Below are positions 32,815 to 37,532 of a DNA stretch of 37,532 bases, one piece after another (the first letter of the stretch is position 1; each line of letters opens with the position of its first letter). The position numbers were made by a program, and so were the translations under genes. The notes beneath the pieces were generated by a model that saw only the letters and a program-made list of their open reading frames with translations, ran no database searches and had not been told where the DNA came from. This DNA is from Octopus sinensis. Lineage: Eukaryota. The DNA lies in contig NW_021835903.1 of NCBI RefSeq assembly GCF_006345805.1, positions 1 to 37,532 of the forward strand, read 5' to 3'.

Positions 32815-33780
32815 TTACTTAAAGGACACAATACATGTCTTTAAGTGCTAATAGTTTCATGTGTTGGAGAAAACTCCAAAATATTCCTCAGGCACAAACT
32901 AATTATCATTACTAAAGAAATTGAATAATTAAAGGAACTCGAAAAAAACTAAGGCAGCGTGCAGAAAATGCAGACAGTAAACAATGGAAAGCAAAAAACA
33001 GAAAATGGAAAGTGGAAAACAGAAACTAGAGTGTAAAAAGGTCAGAAAAGGTAAAAGAGCTCTCCACCTTAGAGCTTAAATGATAAGGCTGGAAGATATG
33101 AAGTCAGTCAGGAATAGGCAGAAGTCACTAAATCCGAAATCATAATACAAGCGATAGGAAGACCTATATTGGATTATGTGAAGGTGAATTGAAAAATCAC
33201 TCTGCTAATCACATCAGCTCCTTCCAACAGAGGGACGAAAGTAAAGCTACTAAGTTGGCTAGCTATGTATGGAGTTTGAAAGATAACGAAACTCCACATG
33301 GGATTAAATGGAAGGTAATTGAAAAATCCATATCTTATGTGAACAGATCAAATAAATATAGACTTTGGCTGAAAGAGCGCAGATCCTGTTCAGATCAGAG
33401 ATCCCTAACTCTCTATTGAACTCCAGGTCAGAAATTTTCAGTGGTTGCGTGCATATGTATAAATATATTTTGAAAAATTGGAAAATTCCACCTACCCCTG
33501 ACCGACTTGATGTCTTTCCAGCCTTATCATTTAAGGTCTTAGGAGGATAACTCTTTTACCTTTTTACTTTTTATTTTTGACATTTTAGTTTTCCATTTTC
33601 TCTTCTTTCTCTCTACATTTTCTTCATGCTGTCTTCTCAGTTTTTTTCGCATTTCTTCTATTATTTAATTTCTTTAGTTTGTTATGATACGTGGTTTGCA
33701 CCCAAAGATTATGTTTCAGTTTTCTCAACAGGAAACTATTTGTAGCACTTTAATACATGAGTTGTAACCTTTAATTGAAT
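32815..33780 (+). mobile_element. Penelope-like element remnant: GIY-YIG endonuclease fragment between ~300-bp inverted arms
   Basis: 33156 onward reads RKTYIGLCEGELKNHSANHISSF...LASYVWSLKD...IKWKVIEK, then LLNSRSEIFSGCVH. Arms 32815-33120 and 33488-33780 are diverged reverse complements (e.g. cttaaatgataaggctgga / tccagccttatcatttaag). Confidence 0.85.
32845..32895 (-). ncRNA. Degenerate minimal hammerhead ribozyme in the Penelope arm
   Basis: gtgc-CTGAGGA-stem II (ttggag ttt ctccaa)-GAAA-ctatta-gcac. The core and stem I are intact; the stem III/NUH site is damaged. Confidence 0.5.
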
Positions 33781-33925
33781 AACATATAACTATATACACA
33801 TACACATATATATATAGAGAGAGAGAGGGAGGGAGGGAGAGTCAATAGCTGAGATCCAGAGCTTCTCACTCTCAAAAATATTTTAATCGTATCTTCAGTA
33901 TTAAATCTCGTAGTAACAACTTCAA

Positions 33926-34935
33926 TTGGTTTCTCATGTGCAAGTCCAACTCTGTTGTCATCTCAATGAGCAAAGAGACAATGCATTGCTGATTTGCTCA
34001 GGGCAGGAGATGACCATCAAGCAAATTTCTGAGTTGGTTAATGTGTCGTTAAGCACAGTTTACGACATCAAGAACTATTTGGATAACACCAGAGGTATTC
34101 AGAAGAAACTGAAGCAACCAATAACAAGTGAGATCCAGCATACCTGAAGGCCCTCAAATCTAAAATTTCAAAGGATCCAACGACATCTCTGACAAAACTG
34201 ACAACTGAAATGAAAATTGATACCAAGACTGTTAGAAATACTGTTCACTGTGATTGAATCCTGCAACATTTTGTGCCAACTCCAAGACACCCCCTGACCG
34301 ATTCAATGAAAGTCAGGAAGCTTGAGAGAGCAAAAAAAGTGTTGTGCCTTCCTGAAGAGGTCAGGATCCACTGTGGAAAATAGTTTCTGACGAGAAAATC
34401 TTCACTGTGGATTCTGTTGTGAACAGACGAAACGATTGGTTTATTGTTGAATCACTATCTCAAGTGAAGGGTGTCTACAGAGCAAAGCATCCTGCTCAGG
34501 GGAGGCAGTTGTGGCATCAGATGACAAAAGAAAAACAATGGCCCAACATTTTTTACATTCTCCTGAGAGAATCGGTGCTGATGTCCATTACAAAGCGTGA
34601 AGATAGCATGTCCTGCTTTAGCCTAATTAGCTAATTACCCTAAACGTAATTATATGTAGATTCAGGATGGAACACCTGCTCATACAGCAAAGGAAGTACA
34701 AAAGCAATGAAGGGACAATTTTGCTGATTCGTAGCCCTTTTTCAGCCCCGACTTGAATCCACTGGACTGTTCTAGTTGAGGCACTTTAGAGCAGTCTACC
34801 AACAGAGTTTGTCATCTTAGCACTGAACACCTCACGCAGGTTTTGAAGAAAGAATGGGCCAAATTGCCCAAACTTCAGATGCCATATCCAATTGGTGACA
34901 GACAATATTGGGGGTCACATTAGAGCAGACTCTCT
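33926..34935 (+). mobile_element. Decayed Tc1/mariner superfamily transposase (D,D,D type, maT-like)
   Basis: HTH-like TIKQISELVNVSLSTVYDIK, SDEKIFTVD (34386), QDGTPAHTAKEVQ (34663), SPDLNPLD (34744), terminal GGHI. Multiple stops and frameshifts; TIRs not found. Confidence 0.85.
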
Positions 34936-35964
34936 ATTATTGGCAGCAATAACTTAAGGATAAATAATCTTGCTTAATGTTGACCCTTCCATCTACAAAT
35001 AAACATTTCCAAATTCTTTTTGGCTTTTCCAAGTTTTGCTTTTCTATCCTGTAAATGTCTGTATGTATATGTATATATGTGTGTGTGAGTGTGTGTGTAT
35101 ATATATATATATATGCATGTGTACATATCTTATACATATATGTATGTATATCTGCATGTATTTGTACATATCTATACATATATATGAGTGTGTATGTGTA
35201 TACATATATACTTTTATTTTTATTCTTCGGTTTAACAAAGTTATAAAACAAAGCTATAAGATTATTCTCCTATACATATGTATCTCTCTCTTTATATATA
35301 TATATATATATATATATACATACAAACATACATGTGTGTATAAATAAATGAATATTTGAAGGGAGAAACTGAGATATACACATGTTATATACACGGTGGT
35401 GGATTTAGCTTTACCTTGTTGGTCCACGGAAACCAGCCATCAGTTGACGACGTGGAGACTTTGATTTGAGTAATTCAGTGAAGACAGATGGCGCCACATA
35501 TGTGAAACCCTGGAAACAGTTCAGAAGAAAAAAGAAGAAAATTATTTAAGAACTTGAAGAACAATCAGAGACCAAACCCTTCTTCCCCGCCCTAAACCCT
35601 TTTTCCTCGCATAAAAACTGAAATGTCTATTTAGATTTATTCAGACATAGTGTATCTAGGAGAACATCATTTAATGTATCCTTCCTTGTTGTTTAACTCC
35701 AGCAAACCTATGATCATAGATGTTCCAACTGTGACCATCCTGTCTTCCACTCATTCATTTCCAACTCACCCCACCCTCTTGCTCTCCCACCCCTATATTG
35801 TATACACTACGGCCACCAACACCCTAGTTCCTCCCACAGAAAGCCACGGTTTAAGACCAGCCTTAAATGGGTCAGTCTCTTCGGTTTGCGAGACAATGTC
35901 AACAACATCAACACCGACCATTATTTAATACCAATAATAATAATAAAAATGGTTCCAGATTTTG

Positions 35965-36915
35965 CCTCAAGGGCAGCAGTCTTGTTGGAAAGGCTGAATT
36001 GATTTCATTGACCCCAGTGTTCAACTGGTACTTATTTTATCAACCCCAAAAGGATGAAAGGTAAAGTTAACCTCGGCAGGATTTGAACTCAGAACCTAGC
36101 GCCAGGCGAAACACTGCTAAGCATTTTGTCCAGCACACTAACTACTCTGCCATCTCCCTGCTTCCATAATAATAATAACAATAATAATTATAATTATTAT
36201 TATCATTATTATTATTATTATTATCCTTTCCACTGGAAGCACAAGGCCTCAAATTTGAGGGAAGGGATTAAGTCGATTGTATTGATCCCAGTGCATAACT
36301 GGTACTTATTTAATTGAAAGGATGAAAGGCAAAGTCAACCACGGCAGAATTTGAACTCAGAATGTAGGGACAAGCAAAATACTGCTAAGCATTTCGCCCA
36401 GCACACTAACAATTCTGCCAGCTTGCTACCTTAATAATAATGATAATAATAATAAAAATAATAATCCTTTCTATTATAGGCTCAAGGCCTGAAATTTGTG
36501 GGGAGGGGCCAGTTGATTAGATTGACCCCAGTATGCAACTGCTACTTAACTTATCAATCCCGAAAAGATGAAAGGCAAAGTTGATCTCAGCGGAATTTGA
36601 ACTCAGAATGTAGGGGTGGTTGAAATACCTATTTCTCTATTACCACAGGGTCAACCTAGAGGGGACAAACAAGGACAGACATGGGTATTAAGTCGATTAC
36701 ATCGACCCCAGTGCGTAACTGGTACTTAATTTATCGACCTCGAAAGGATGAAAGGCAAAGTCGACCTTGGCGGTATTTGAACTCAGAACGTAACAGCAGA
36801 CGAAATACGGCTACGCATTTCGCCCGGCGTGCTAACGATTCTGCCAGGGGTGGTTGAAATACCACTAGGCATTTCGTCAAGCGTACTAACGATTCTGCCA
36901 GCTCACCACCTTAAT
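35965..36915 (-). mobile_element. Head-to-tail cluster of about 5 SINE family C copies
   Basis: Repeated ttgaccccagtg..taactggtacttatttatc...gaaaggatgaaaggcaaagtcgacc..ggaatttgaactcagaa...gattctgccagct units, spaced by (AAT)n. Confidence 0.85.
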
Positions 36916-37447
36916 AATATTAATGACCTAAGATTAAGAGACATTCCTCTGAAACACTCTGGCCAAATACCAGGAAAGCCCCGAGTCGTCTGAAGTACAA
37001 ATAAATGGCTCTTAGGGACACTGCCAAGGAACTAAGGAAAATATTATCAACCGGAAATTACCTGATTCTTTGAAAACTACCAAAAGTGAAATAATTAAGA
37101 TTTCAGAAAAATCTTGGTTCTTAGGTTGTAGTGTGGTTTGCATAGAATATATGGTTGCTAACGATAAGAGGCAGAAAGTGTAAAACGTCCAGTTTGCTGT
37201 TAGTTGAGGTGTGTGGATGAGGTTTGGAACTGGTCATGTAAAAGCAAACAACAATAAGGTAAACCCTGAAGGTGCCTTGGAGGTTGTTGCCGAAAATCTA
37301 AGAATACTTCAACCAAATAAGGAAGGAAGGGAAGGATGAAGGGGGTGGAGGAAGGAAGACAAAGACAAACAGACAGACAGATAAGCAGATTGAGAAAGAA
37401 GGATAGACAAACAGAGAGACAGGAAGATAGCCTGGCAGAGAAATCCT

Positions 37448-37526
37448 TGCAGAGGGAGGCAAAGAGAATGGCAGAGAGATGGAGACAGAGGGAGGCAAAG
37501 AGAATGGCAGAGAGATGGAGACAGAC
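37448..37526. repeat. Purine-rich 37-bp tandem duplication in a GA-rich tract
   Basis: cagagggaggcaaagagaatggcagagagatggaga occurs twice. Confidence 0.8.
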
Positions 37527-37532
37527 AGACAG

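Noticed and set aside
34666-34767. Novel DD32D transposase class
   Set aside because: The D-to-D spacing is 32 residues here, but the interval contains two stops and is evidently decayed or deleted, so the spacing is not informative.
35470-35520. Additional hammerhead (gtgaaga...gtgaaac); similar partial motif near 10060-10090 on the minus strand
   Set aside because: The CUGANGA core or stems are missing, so it cannot be supported from sequence alone.

Overview
AT-rich, microsatellite-dense eukaryotic DNA. The SINE and LINE families suggest an octopus or other coleoid genome; this is inference. From 5' to 3': (1) a ~3.0-3.3 kb tandem duplication carrying non-autonomous Helitrons, ending in a 4x110-bp array that uses the same breakpoint; (2) many tRNA-derived SINEs and RTE-tail elements; (3) a 5'-truncated, stop-disabled RTE LINE (10592-14272) with a Cys4-His-Cys3 PHD finger inserted inside its reverse transcriptase; (4) a TE-free 5.8 kb block (21057-26823) of five consecutive intronless + strand ORFs encoding a helical region plus about six NHL-like beta-propeller modules, which rejoin into one ~1,900-aa frame with about 12 single-base repairs, mostly in homopolymers; (5) decayed Tx1/L1, RTE, Penelope (inverted arms with hammerhead remnants) and mariner-type elements, then a SINE cluster. 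I see no rRNA, intact tRNA or CRISPR array. All domain and family names come from motif recognition by eye, not database searches.
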